This document shows positions 18,615-40,300 of a stretch of DNA of 51,574 bases, in pieces. How positions within the stretch are numbered: the stretch's first letter is position 1; each line of letters opens with the position of its first letter. Under the pieces are notes generated by a model, which had not been told where the DNA came from, did no database searches, and worked only from the letters and a program-made list of their open reading frames with translations. The translations under genes and the position numbers were made by a program. Location of the stretch: contig NIVC01004292.1 of NCBI GenBank assembly GCA_002269645.1, positions 1 to 51,574 on the forward strand, in the 5' to 3' direction. The stretch comes from Macrostomum lignano (lineage: Eukaryota).

Positions 18615-19352
18615 TTAAGGCAGCGCAGGAAAGTCGAGCACTTCAACTTGGCACAAGTTGAGGTAAGTGTTTAGCTGATTGTCGAGGCGAACTCAAGTTC
18701 CGTAGCTGAGGCAGCTGACCTTCCTGATGGAGAAGCTCAGATCCGCGTCAATCCTGGCGCACTCTACATCATCGCCTCCGTTGGTGTGGGTGCAGGAGCC
18801 TCCGAAAAATTTTTGATTCGTGTTACCATCGATTGCTCGACCGCAGCCTGCGCTCAAATAAGTAGATATCTGACTGCAGTTTCGAACAGTCAAAACGGCT
18901 TCTGTCGGTACTGCAGCAACCAAAGCGAAAGGAAAACATTTGAATCTCAGTAATTATAATAAGCAAAATACGTCCCCTTCAAATAACTTATGCTATTGAA
19001 TTCAATTACTGTAAAACTCACAGTAAGGCTTTGTGAAGACGTCGACCGACCTGGCGCTCGGCTGCCACAGCGACTTGCTGAAGAACGCAGCGATGCTGAA
19101 CAGCTGGCACGACAGACTCGCCTCTTTCCAGTAGAAGCCGAAGCAGACACCGGACTGGGCTCTGCACTGCAGAGAGCACTGCAGCTCGCTGCCAACTGCC
19201 TGCACGGACTCGAAGGACTGCGGCACCGTCAGGCTGTGGGGCTGGGCTAAAGAGAACAGCTTCTGGTTGGCGCAGCTGCCGGGGTCATCGCCTGCGACTG
19301 TCGAGCAGACCGTCGCAAACAGAGCGATTGCCAGTTGAAGGAGACGCTGCAT
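18615..19352 (-). pseudogene. Secreted PAN/apple + F-type lectin (fucolectin) gene with in-frame TGA and shortened lectin domain
   Basis: Signal peptide MQRLLQLAIALFATVCSTVAG and PAN cysteines (CSLQCRAQSGVCFGFYW...CQL). Exons 19352-19022 and 18910- join in phase. RAIDGN...SCTHT is followed by TGA at 18693, then YLNLCQVEV in the same frame. Confidence 0.65.
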
Positions 19353-19589
19353 TTGTTCGGTTGGAACTTAACGCTATCAAGCTTTTGCTTAGCCTTGCAG
19401 ATTTAAATAATTCATGGGCTTTGCCTGCTGCTTTAGCCGTTTATAATAAATTTGAGTGGATACGCCATGCTAAATATGCCTCCCCCAGATAATGCAACAT
19501 TTTGCAATGTGCAGCTGCGCTTAATTTACGGGATTTGTGGCTTAGTTGGATAATTCTCGTTGTCATGTAGTTTGCGTGGGCAGTGGGAG

Positions 19590-20165
19590 ATGGGGATACT
19601 GCTGTGAGCTGCGGCGCATGGCCGCATCATGATGAGCAGCAGGGGCTGTGCAAGTTGCGATCCTGTTCCCCATAGGCGGTTCACAATCCCTCAATGGAGC
19701 AGCCCTCGAGACAATTGCAGAAGTTTGAGCTGCTCCCAAAGAGCCAGGCCAGGATTAGGGCTTGAAAATTGACTCTTCATATTATATTACGAGTATAGTC
19801 CACTGTGCCGCATTTTAATTGGAAGCGTTGAAGCCAGCTTGGTTATTTGCTGTAGGCTCTGGGGTTGCTGGCTACTCCTCTTACCTTGGCGACTGCGGCA
19901 GCTGTCAGGAGCGGCCGGGGGAAGGCAGCGGGCCGCAGGCCCCCATCCCCATTTGATTGTCAGAAGCTGATGGCATTCTCATTGCAGCACCTATGGCATC
20001 CGTGATGCTGGCGTCTCTGAAACTGGGCCTATAATTTAATAAAGTGGCGCCAACTCAAACGAAGTAGCGCGCCACTTTAGTTATAGTACACGTTATAAGT
20101 GCATTTGGGCATATCTAGGATTTTTCTAAATCGAATCTAAAATACCATTTTAACATTGTAAAGTG
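19590..20165. repeat. Dispersed repeat related to 11380-11680 and 15745-15900 (partly inverted, partly direct)
   Basis: atttgattgtcagaagc..atggcattct.attgcagca occurs at ~11619 and ~19950. 19590-19830 is a diverged reverse complement of 11380-11600. Confidence 0.6.
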
Positions 20166-20636
20166 GGGGGGGGGCATCACAAACCCGGAAAATCACAAAC
20201 CCGAAATATCATATCTCCGAAAAACAAAAATAGCATTGCCCATCACAAACCCGAAATATCATAACTTCGAAAGTTCTAGCAATGGTATATTTACCTACCG
20301 GCGCTCGCGTGTTATACCGATATCATGCATCCCGACTGCAGAAAAGTGCATTTACTAGTGGTTCCACATAGCCGGTATCCATATTTATAATTATAAATAA
20401 AAAATTAATCATTTAATAATTAATATTTGGGTCATCTAATAAACTCGTTAAACTAATGTTTTTGTTTATGGACAATAGCACGCATCCCGCGTGCGTGTTA
20501 ATGGGTAGCGAAATGCTTGTCAATGTCCAACACCATTTGGGTTTTCGGAGTTATGATATTTCTTGTTTGTGATATTTCGGGTTTATGATGGGAAGTGCCT
20601 TCGGAGTTGTGATTTTTCGGGTTTATGATGGCGACC
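20166..20636. mobile_element. MITE (~470 bp) with TIRs and 9-bp TSD (Mutator-like)
   Basis: TSD TGTAAAGTG at 20157-20165 and 20637-20645. Ends are catcacaaacccggaaaatcacaa / ttgtgatttttcgggtttatgatg, with repeated subterminal motifs. Confidence 0.8.
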
Positions 20637-20924
20637 TGTAAAGTGTACTAAGAACTATGAATATGATGTGAAGTTCATAATTTTTGTTACTACTAACTAC
20701 GAAAAATAGACGCTCGTACTGCATCGGTTTGCGCGAGCTCGCGAGGGCTAACCGTCTTTAGTGCAAGGGGGGCTGTTTGGGTGCTGGCTGTCTGGTGGGG
20801 TGGTGGGTGCGTTTGTGCGTGCGCGTGCCTATTTAGGCCGTCACCTTTGTGGCTGCGAAGGGTTGCTCGCGGTTGCTAGCTTCTGGTTGGCGCAGTTGCT
20901 TGAGTCACCGCCTAGAGAAGACAA

Positions 20925-21380
20925 TGGTAGATTGTGTCTGTGGATTTGGGTTAGAGATGGCAATGGTAGATTGTGTCTGTGGATTTGGGTTAGAGATGGC
21001 AATGGTAGATTGTGTCTGTGGATTTGGAGTTAGAGATGACAATGGTAGATTGTGTCTGTGGATTTGGGTTAGAGATGGCAATGGTAGATTGTGTCTGTGG
21101 ATTTGGGGTTAGAGATGACAATGGTAGATTGTGTCTGTGGATTTGGGTTAGAGATGGCAATGGTAGATTGTGTCTGTGGATTTGGGTTAGAGATGGCAAT
21201 GGTAGATTGTGTCTGTGGATTTGGGTTAGAGATGACAATGGTAGATTGTGTCTGTGGATTTGGGTTAGAGATGGCAATGGTAGATTGTGTCTGTGGATTT
21301 GGGGTTAGAGATGACAATGGTAGATTGTGTCTGTGGATTTGGGTTAGAGAAGGCAATGGAAGATTGTGTCTATGGGTTTG
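20925..21380. repeat. 39-bp tandem repeat (AGAGATGGCAATGGTAGATTGTGTCTGTGGATTTGGGTT)
   Basis: About 11 near-identical head-to-tail copies with no spacers. Confidence 0.95.
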
Positions 21381-22313
21381 GGAGTTTACTATGAAAGAAC
21401 CATATGCACCAGCACATTGGCAAAAGGAGAGTACGAGCTTTCTATTTTTTCGCCATGATTTGGCTTGTTTACATTTTATTGTTTGTAGGATAACCTGATT
21501 GCAGTTTCAATTTTTGTGTCAAAACGGAAGTTTTTTCTGGCAACAAATGACACCATATTGACATCGATTGCATTATTTTAGAAAAAAATAGTTTTATACT
21601 TATGTAGACATTGTTATACTTTTAATACACGCGTTGAAATCAGCCTCAATTCGGATTTCATTTACATTACGAACTACTGTTGCCTATTTGTTTCTAGTAG
21701 TGTATTAAATAAATATCTTGACGACATTTGAAACAATACAGTACAATGTGACACCTTAGAAAGAAGTGGAGATCGAGGAGAAGCAATACAGGGAATTTCT
21801 ATGAAACTGTACTGATAACTATATCTATATCTTACGCCCTGATTCTTCATAATTTTAGAACGTTTAAATTTTAAAAAGGCAAAGTTAAAGGAAAAAGAAC
21901 AAATTCCCGAAACAGGTACCTATTAGTTTCTTTTAACTGAACTCAATATCTGTCAGAATTGCCATTGTTGGCTGTTTTTAGAACTGACGCGGAGATCAAT
22001 GATCGTTCTTTCTCTACTACTACTAATAATATGTAGTTGCATGAAGCTTACGGGCACCCTGGTGCCAATGTACACTCGAGCATCATGTGCCCTCTGTGCC
22101 GTGGGGGATTGGCTCTTTGTGTCTTGGAATTATAGTACTTGAAGTATCTCTGGTTTACCCGACTTGCTTGTCCACTTTCCTCTTCTCTCTAAAGCGCATT
22201 CTGAATAACCAATATAAAACCGTGAGCATTTATAGTAATTGAATTATATGAAAAAATATTGCGTTAGTATACGCCGTCAGTTCTGTAGCCTTTGACATCT
22301 GCAATGCCGCGAC

Positions 22314-32202
<9,889 letters not shown>

Positions 32203-34398
32203 TATCAACAAACAGCTAGTTTAGACGATAGAAGAGCTCGGTTTAGAAAGCTACCCTTTGAAACTGAGACTGCAGTAAGCTATATAGAATTTACTCATGC
32301 CGAAATATCTTTCTAAGCTATAGTCGGCCTAGGCTGGTTGGTGCGAGTGGGCTTGTGGCTAGTCTATTTCCTGGATTGTGGCGAATGGCGCAGATTGCGA
32401 ACCTACCGCTAGGAGTGGGGGGTTGCTAGGTTGAAGGCTGAAGGCCAAGGCGATCGAATAAGTATATAACACTTGGCGCGTAAATTGAATTCATTTTCTT
32501 TTGAAGCGAACAAAGTTCGTCCTATAACTTAGTACGCGTGATGACGCATAGAAATTGCGCTGGCCGAATTAGTGCCAAGTTTTTACCAAGTTCAACCACT
32601 ACCCGCGCTTTAGCTATCGAATTTGTTAGCAAATCTTTCTAGGATGCTTTCAGACTCTGTCAGCTTGTCCGTTTCCAAAAGATTTCATAAACAACGGCAG
32701 TAGAAGGATGTTTTGAACGATAAATCTGACGTCTCATGCTCGAGTCGATGACAGATATGTGCTTCTACATTACATCGACGGATAACGAGATCATACGTCG
32801 ACTGAACGTCCGATTCCTGAACGGGGTTACACCTCCGATTTCCTTAGAAATGCGTTAAGTAGCAAATATGTTGCGCATCGCTAGTGCATTTCAAAATTTT
32901 ATCTCTATTGCAATAGTCTGCGGTGAAACCCGGTTCAACTTAACGCTGTGCGCGTTTGCTGAGTACACTAAATGCACTTGATTCGCAAGTGGAGTGTTCT
33001 TCCATGATTTTTAGTTTTCCTTGTTGGCTTACTGATGCTGCACTGCGGCTGTGCTCGATGCGACTGTAAACAGACATTAATGTACGCGTGTTGGCTCCGT
33101 GAGTGAACTAGGAATGCTTATAAATCCATGCAAATCGTACGCAGATAAGGCTAGAAAGTCAGTAGTGGACTTTGAATTTCGAACAGTTTTGTCGTTCTGT
33201 GTGGCAGTAAATTCTGCCCGAAAGTGCTGATATACATGTAGCTAGTTTTATGAATAACAGGCAGTCTCACGTGATTTCAGTCAGAGCTAGAAAATATAAA
33301 CAAACTACAACTAGGTAATGTCAGCTGACTAGAGATTCGCAGAAAGTTAATGACTGATAATTAACAGATGAAATTAAATTTCTGTGTAATAAACGCTGCT
33401 GGTATATAAGGTGTGTATAACTGATTGCATAATAGATTTCTATTGCTGATAAAGCTATTGACCGCTAGCACGCGTGTCCATGGTGAAGCGAAATACATGT
33501 AAGACACCGCGGGTTTTGTAGAACAGCTGATTTTCTGTTGCTTTTGAATTTAGAGTGTTGCAGTGACTTTAACTAAAGAAAAGGGATTTCGCCGCAACCC
33601 AATTACTAATTCTAAACAGCCTAATAAAGTTTTTAAGGCGGCTTGGCATCGCTTTTATTAAATTTTGTTCGGCTTTCCTGAAAAGAAAAGAGTCGGCAAA
33701 ATCTAGCACACTTTTAGCCTACTAACAGTAGACGAAATAAACTATCTTTAAAACTAAAATTTTATAAATTAAAACACAAACAAGTATGTCAAAGTAGAAA
33801 AAGAATTACTGGTTCTATTTATAGTGCGAATTCCGGATTTAGTGCAGTTAATAATTGTTATGAAACTAAGCACAGCTTGATTGGAATAATTAAAACTACA
33901 TGAGTTACTAACTAGCCAAATCATTTTACACGCTAATGGTCAAAATTTAAGCGAAAGATTAGAACATAACGAATTCTTGAAGAAAACTTTTTCTGAACTT
34001 TTATAACAAGAATTTGAGAAAAAATGTTATTATAAATGATTTAACAACAAACTTTAACAAAAAACTTAAGAATATTAGGTTAGAGAAGTTACAACAAGCA
34101 TGCAAACACAGGGCTTTCAACCGTGCAGAATATTATACAATAAATAAATAGAAAAAAGTATACTGAACATTCAATTAGTTGCAGAGTCACATTTTTATAT
34201 AATAATTAATTAAAGACTAACATAACTATGAGATTATATTTATGAAGCACATATTTAACAGAACTCTTAGGAAACGATATGTATTAAGTATTACTGATTG
34301 CTAAGTGGAGTGAGGGTTCGTATTATTTCTATCAGTTTCGGGTGGCAAGCGAGAATGAATTCAGAATAAAAAAATAACGAAATTGAAACGTTTTTGTT

Positions 34399-37300
34399 TT
34401 AGTTGATGCAGCAGCTCGGAGTGGCAGCCTGAAATGTTTGCAAAATTATCTAGAGCATCATTTCTGGCTGAGAGGGCTGCATGGCTATTTTTAGCTCGTA
34501 TAAGTTTTTCAATGTGAGAGACGGGTTGTAGAATATGGCCTGGTGGGGGAGTGGGGTTGTAGAATATGGGGGCTGTGGGGAGTGGGGTTGTAGAATATGG
34601 GGGCTGTGGGGAGTGGGGTTGTAGAATATGGGGGCTGTGGGGAGTGGGGTTGTAGAATATGGGGGCTGTGGGGAGTGGGGTTGTAGAATATGGGGGCTGT
34701 GGGGAGTGGGGTTGTAGAATATGGGGGCTGTGGGGAGTGGGGTTGTAGAATATGGGGGCTGTGGGGAGTGGGGTTGTAGAATATGGGGGCTGTGGGGAGT
34801 GAGGTTGTAGAATATGGGGGCTGTGGGGACTAGGGAGTAGGGTTGTAGGATATCCAGGAGGGGCTGTGGGGAGTGGGGTTGTAGAATATGGGGGCTGTGG
34901 GGTTGTAGAATTTATAGAATTTGAGGTGAAGGTTTCTTAATTGGCCTACACAACACCTGCGTACGATGCTCTCACCTTGCCTTCAAATTGCACGCTGGTG
35001 ATGCAGACGTCGCCGTCTATTAAGACGTACTGAATTTCGTCGAGACTGTGTCGAACCGGGTATTTAAGCACCGCCGTCTCATTCACTGACAGCTAAATAG
35101 ACGAAATGGAATGGGATTAAGAAAAAATTAAATAGGAAAGTCAAAATTTGCAATAGATTCTTGGTCGAGACTTTGACTTCTCCCAAGTCTACTGGGTTTG
35201 TCAGAGTCCTGGGGTGTCAATATCCTCGATTGTCAAGGTCGTGGATTGTTAAGGTCATGGATTGTCAAGGTCGTGGATTGTCAAGGTCGTGGATTGTCAA
35301 AGTCGTGGATTGTTAAGGTCGTGGATTGTCAAGGTGCTTGATTGTCAAGGTCGTGGATTGTCAAGGTCGTGGATTGTCAAGGTCGTGGATTGTCAAGGTC
35401 GTGGATTGTCAAGGTCGTGGATTGTCAAGGTCGTGGATTGTCAAGGTCGTGGATTGTCAAGGTCGTGGATTGTCAAGGTCGTGGATTTTCAAGGTCCTGG
35501 ATTGTTAAGGTCGTGGATTGTCAAGGTCCTGGATTGTTAAGGTCGTGGATTGTCAAGGTCCTGGATTGTCAAGGTCCTGGATTGTCAAGGTCGTGCATTG
35601 TCAAGGTCGTGCATTGTCAAGGTCCTGGATTGTCAAGGTCCTGGATTATGAAGGTCGTGGATTGTCAAGGTGCTTGATTGTCAAGGTCATGGATTGTCAA
35701 GGTGCTTGATTGTCAAGGTCGTGGATTGTCAAGGTGCTTGATTGTCAAGGTCGTGGATTGTCAAGGTCGTGGATTGTCAAGGTCGTGGATTGTCAAGGTC
35801 GTGAATTGTCAAGGTCATGGATTGTTAAGGTCCTGGATTGTCAAGGTCGTGGATTGTCAAGGTCGTGCATTGTCAAGGTCGTGGATTGTCAAGGTCCTGG
35901 ATTATGAAGGTCGTGGATTGTCAAGGTGCTTGATTGTCAAGGTCGTGGATTGTCAAGGTCGTGGATTGTCAAGGTCCTGGATTGTTAAGGTCGTGGATTG
36001 TCAAGGTCCTGGATTGTCAAGGTCCTGGATTGTCAAGGTCGTGGATTGTCAAGGTCCTTGATTGTCAAGGTCGTGGATTGTCAAGGTCCTGGATTATGAA
36101 GGTCGTGGATTGTCAAGGTGCTTGATTGTCAAGGTCATGGATTGTCAAGGTGCTTGATTGTCAAGGTCGTGGATTGTCAAGGTGCTTGATTGTCAAGGTC
36201 GTGGATTGTCAAGGTCGTGGATTGTCAAGGTCGTGGATTCTCAAGGTCGTGGATTGTCAAGGTCATGGATTGTTAAGGTCCTGGATTGTCAAGGTCGTGG
36301 ATTGTCAAGGTCGTGCATTGTCAAGGTCCTGGATTGTCAAGGTCCTGGCTCCTGGATTATCAAAGTCTTGGATCCTAGATTGTCAAGGTCCTGGATTGTC
36401 AAGGTCCTGGCTCCTGGATTATCAAAGTCTTGGATCCTGGATTGTCAAGGTCCTGGATTGTCAAGGTCCTGGATTGTTAAGGTCCTGGATTGTCAAGGTC
36501 CTGGATTTTCAAGGTCCTGGATTGTCAAGGTCCTGGATTGTCAAGGTCCTGGCTCCTGGATTATCAAGGTCCTGGATCCTGGATTGTCAAGGTCCTGGAT
36601 TTTCAAGGTCCTGGATTGTCAAGGTCCTGGATTTTCAAGGTCCTGGATTGTCAAGATCCTTGATTGTCAAGGTCCTGGTTCCTGATATTGTCAAGGTCCT
36701 GGTTCCTGATATTATCAAGATCCTGGATTGTCAAGGTCCTGGTTCCTGATATTGTCAAGGTCCTGGATTGTCAAGGTCCTGGATTTTCAAGGTCCTGGAT
36801 TGTCAAGATCCTTGATTGTCAAGGTCCTGGTTCCTGATATTGTCAAGGTCCTGGTTCCTGATATTATCAAGATCCTGGATTGTCAAGGTCCTGGTTCCTG
36901 ATATTGTCAAGGTCCTGGATTGTCAAGGTCCTGGATTTTCAAGGTCCTGGATTGTCAAGATCCTTGATTGTCAAGGTCCTGGTTCCTGATATTGTCAAGG
37001 TCCTGGTTCCTGATATTATCAAGATCCTGGATTGTCAAGGTCCTGGTTCCTGATATTGTCAAGGTCCTGGATTATAAGATCCTGGATTTTCAAGGTCCTG
37101 GATTGTCAAGGTCCTGGCTCCTGGATTATCAAAGTCTTGGATCCTAGATTGTCAAGGTCCTGGATTGTCAAGGTCCTGGATTGTCAAGGTCCTGGCTCCT
37201 GGATTATCAAAGTCTTGGATCCTAGATTGTCAAGGTCCTGGATTGTCAAGGTCCTGGCTCCTGGATTATCAAAGTCTTGGATCCTGGATTGTCAAGGTCC

Positions 37301-40300
37301 TGGATTGTCAAGGTCCTGGATTGTTAAGGTCCTGGATTGTCAAGGTCCTGGATTTTCAAGGTCCTGGATTGTCAAGGTCCTGGATTGTCAAGGTCCTGGC
37401 TCCTGGATTATCAAGGTCCTGGATCCTGGATTGTCAAGGTCCTGGATTTTCAAGGTCCTGGATTGTCAAGGTCCTGGATTTTCAAGGTCCTGGATTGTCA
37501 AGATCCTTGATTGTCAAGGTCCTGGTTCCTGATATTGTCAAGGTCCTGGTTCCTGATATTATCAAGATCCTGGATTGTCAAGGTCCTGGTTCCTGATATT
37601 GTCAAGGTCCTGGATTGTCAAGGTCCTGGATTTTCAAGGTCCTGGATTGTCAAGATCCTTGATTGTCAAGGTCCTGGTTCCTGATATTGTCAAGGTCCTG
37701 GTTCCTGATATTATCAAGATCCTGGATTGTCAAGGTCCTGGTTCCTGATATTGTCAAGGTCCTGGATTGTCAAGGTCCTGGATTTTCAAGGTCCTGGATT
37801 GTCAAGATCCTTGATTGTCAAGGTCCTGGTTCCTGATATTGTCAAGGTCCTGGTTCCTGATATTATCAAGATCCTGGATTGTCAAGGTCCTGGTTCCTGA
37901 TATTGTCAAGGTCCTGGATTGTCAAGGTCCTGGATTTTCAAGGTCCTGGATTGTCAAGATCCTTGATTGTCAAGGTCCTGGTTCCTGATATTGTCAAGGT
38001 CCTGGTTCCTGATATTATCAAGATCCTGGATTGTCAAGGTCCTGGTTCCTGATATTGTCAAGGTCCTGGATTATAAGATCCTGGATTTTCAAGGTCCTGG
38101 ATTGTCAAGGTCCTGGATTATCAAGATCCTGGATTGTCAAGGTCCTGGATTGTCAAGGTCCTGGATTGTCCTGGATCCTGGATTGTCAAGGTCCTGGATC
38201 CTGGATTGTCAAGGTCCTGGATCCTGGATTGTCAAGGTCCTGGTTCCTGATATTGTCAAGGTCCTGGATTATCAAGATCCTGGATTGTCAAGGTCCTGGA
38301 TTATCAAGATCCTGGATTGTCAAGGTCCTGGTTCCTGATATTGTCAAGGTCCTGGATTATCAAGATCCTGGATTGTCAAGATCCTGGATTGTCAAGGTCC
38401 TGGATTGTCAAGGTCCTGGATTATCAAGATCCTGGACTGTTAAGGTCCTGGATTGTCAAGGTCCTGGATTGTCCTGGATCCTGGATTGTCAAGGTCCTGG
38501 ATCCTGGATTGTCAAGGTCCTGGATTGTTAAGATTCTGGGTTTGTCAAGTTTCTGGGTTCTCAATGTCCTAGGTTGTAAAGGTTTTTGTGTTGCGAGGGT
38601 GCTGACTTTTTCAAGGTTCTGATGTTTGCAAGGCCCTTTTAAGCTGGTATTCAAAGATCCGCACTGCTTCAAACTTACAATGTAGTCCGAATCCGTCGCT
38701 TGCAAGGCCACAGTTTCAACTTCTCCGGCCAGTCTGGGATCGAACTTTTTCGTATCCTCATCGCAGAGCTCGCCAGCCGGGTTGGACCAGGCCATTGAGG
38801 CGTAGCCTTGGGCCATGTTGAACTCGCAGACCAGCGGCTTCAGGCAGGCATCGCCTGGCCCGGTGCACAGAGCGAAGCTGATTCTGTTTTGGGAGACACA
38901 AAGTGTACGTTTTCTGAATTTGCTACTAATAGTAGAAATACTATAGCTGAAAAGTTATAGAATTTCATGTGTCCTTAATTCGCATTTGGGTGCATCTTTG
39001 GAGGGTAGTTTGTAGCGTGGTTTAAGATGTAATTCTCTATGTGGAATTTATGGCTAATTTTCTATCAGGTCGAAGAAAGTCTACAGGGTCTACGTAGGAG
39101 GCCGAAGGGCGATTCTCTATAAGATCTTAATCTTAGGGTGATAATATTCGGAATAGATTAGTGAAAGTCGTGATTCTCAATTGAACAGATGGTTTAGTTC
39201 TCATTGAAATTGGAAGAATTATGATCGACCCAAACGTTAAAAGAATTGACAGACAGTTACAGAACTGGCACTCACGTATTGGGCCTGGAGGCGTGCAGTC
39301 CGCATTCCACGTCTACGGTGACAAATCGAGATTCCTTCAGGCTGACTGGAAATCGATTCAAATACGGCAGCCCCAGCTGGTCAGGGAAGTCAACCTCGTA
39401 GAATACGGCTCCGCCAGTGAGTCGAACCGACCGCAACTGTCTCGGATCGACACCGTGGGGCACCTGGCAGACGCCGGCTTCAAGATCGCCTAGCATCACC
39501 TCGAACCCAGTCAGCTTGCAGAGGATGTGCGCTTCGAAGCGCTGGCCCGGTAGCAGCGGCGGGCGTTGCATCGTTGCTGACGAGGCCGACGGAGCCGAAG
39601 AGGTGACGCTCGGCTGACGGCCCGGCTCGCAGCGCAGGCAGAACGCGGCGTTGGACGATTCGGGGGCTCCCGCGGCGTCAACTGTGAGGGCCACGAAGCA
39701 GACGCTTCGTCCGTCTTCCGGAAGCAGACCAGAGACGCGGATGCTCCGACCAACTTGAAAACTTGGCGGCAGTGGCGTCCATTTCGGCGCTCGTTTCTCC
39801 TTCCAGACGACGTCTTTTAGCAGAAAATTGCCGTCGATAAAGAAGCTGGTGATGTAGTGCTTTCGCGTTAACAGGTTGTAGGATAAGACCGGTTTGCCGT
39901 CTAGCAGAATCTGGTGAAGTTTGGGGAGAATTTTTGTGCGAGGCGATTTCTGGCAACTTGAATTATAATCGTAGCGACATCATCCGCTCATTTCATTTTA
40001 TTTTAACTCCTCAATCTACTCCATCCAACCACCCCAATCTGCTCCATCCAACCACCTCAATCTACTCCATCCAACCACCTCAATCTACTCCATCCAACCA
40101 CCCCAATCTACTCCATCCAACCACCCCAATCTACTCCATCCAACCACCCCAATCTACTCCATCCAACCACCCCAATCTACTCCATCCAACCACCTCAATC
40201 CACTTTTATTTATTTTCCAATCCACTCCATCAACAATCACACTCTAAAGTAACTATCATACTCTCAGGATTGCAGCCCCACTTACCAGCACCGAGTCGGT

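Noticed and set aside
20925-21380. CRISPR-like appearance of the 39-bp and 31-bp (34544-34910) repeats
   Set aside because: Units are head-to-tail with no unique spacers, there are no cas genes, and the context is eukaryotic.
32300-34390. RNA genes or ORFs in the AT-rich interval between MPEG1 and the galectin-like gene
   Set aside because: No tRNA/rRNA signature or credible ORF was seen; it is probably the MPEG1 upstream region and the galectin-like 3' UTR.
38424-38678. Extension of the galectin-like exon into the 16-bp array as the protein C-terminus
   Set aside because: A perfect GTAAGT donor at 38678 splices in phase to 35092 and completes the galectin domain.
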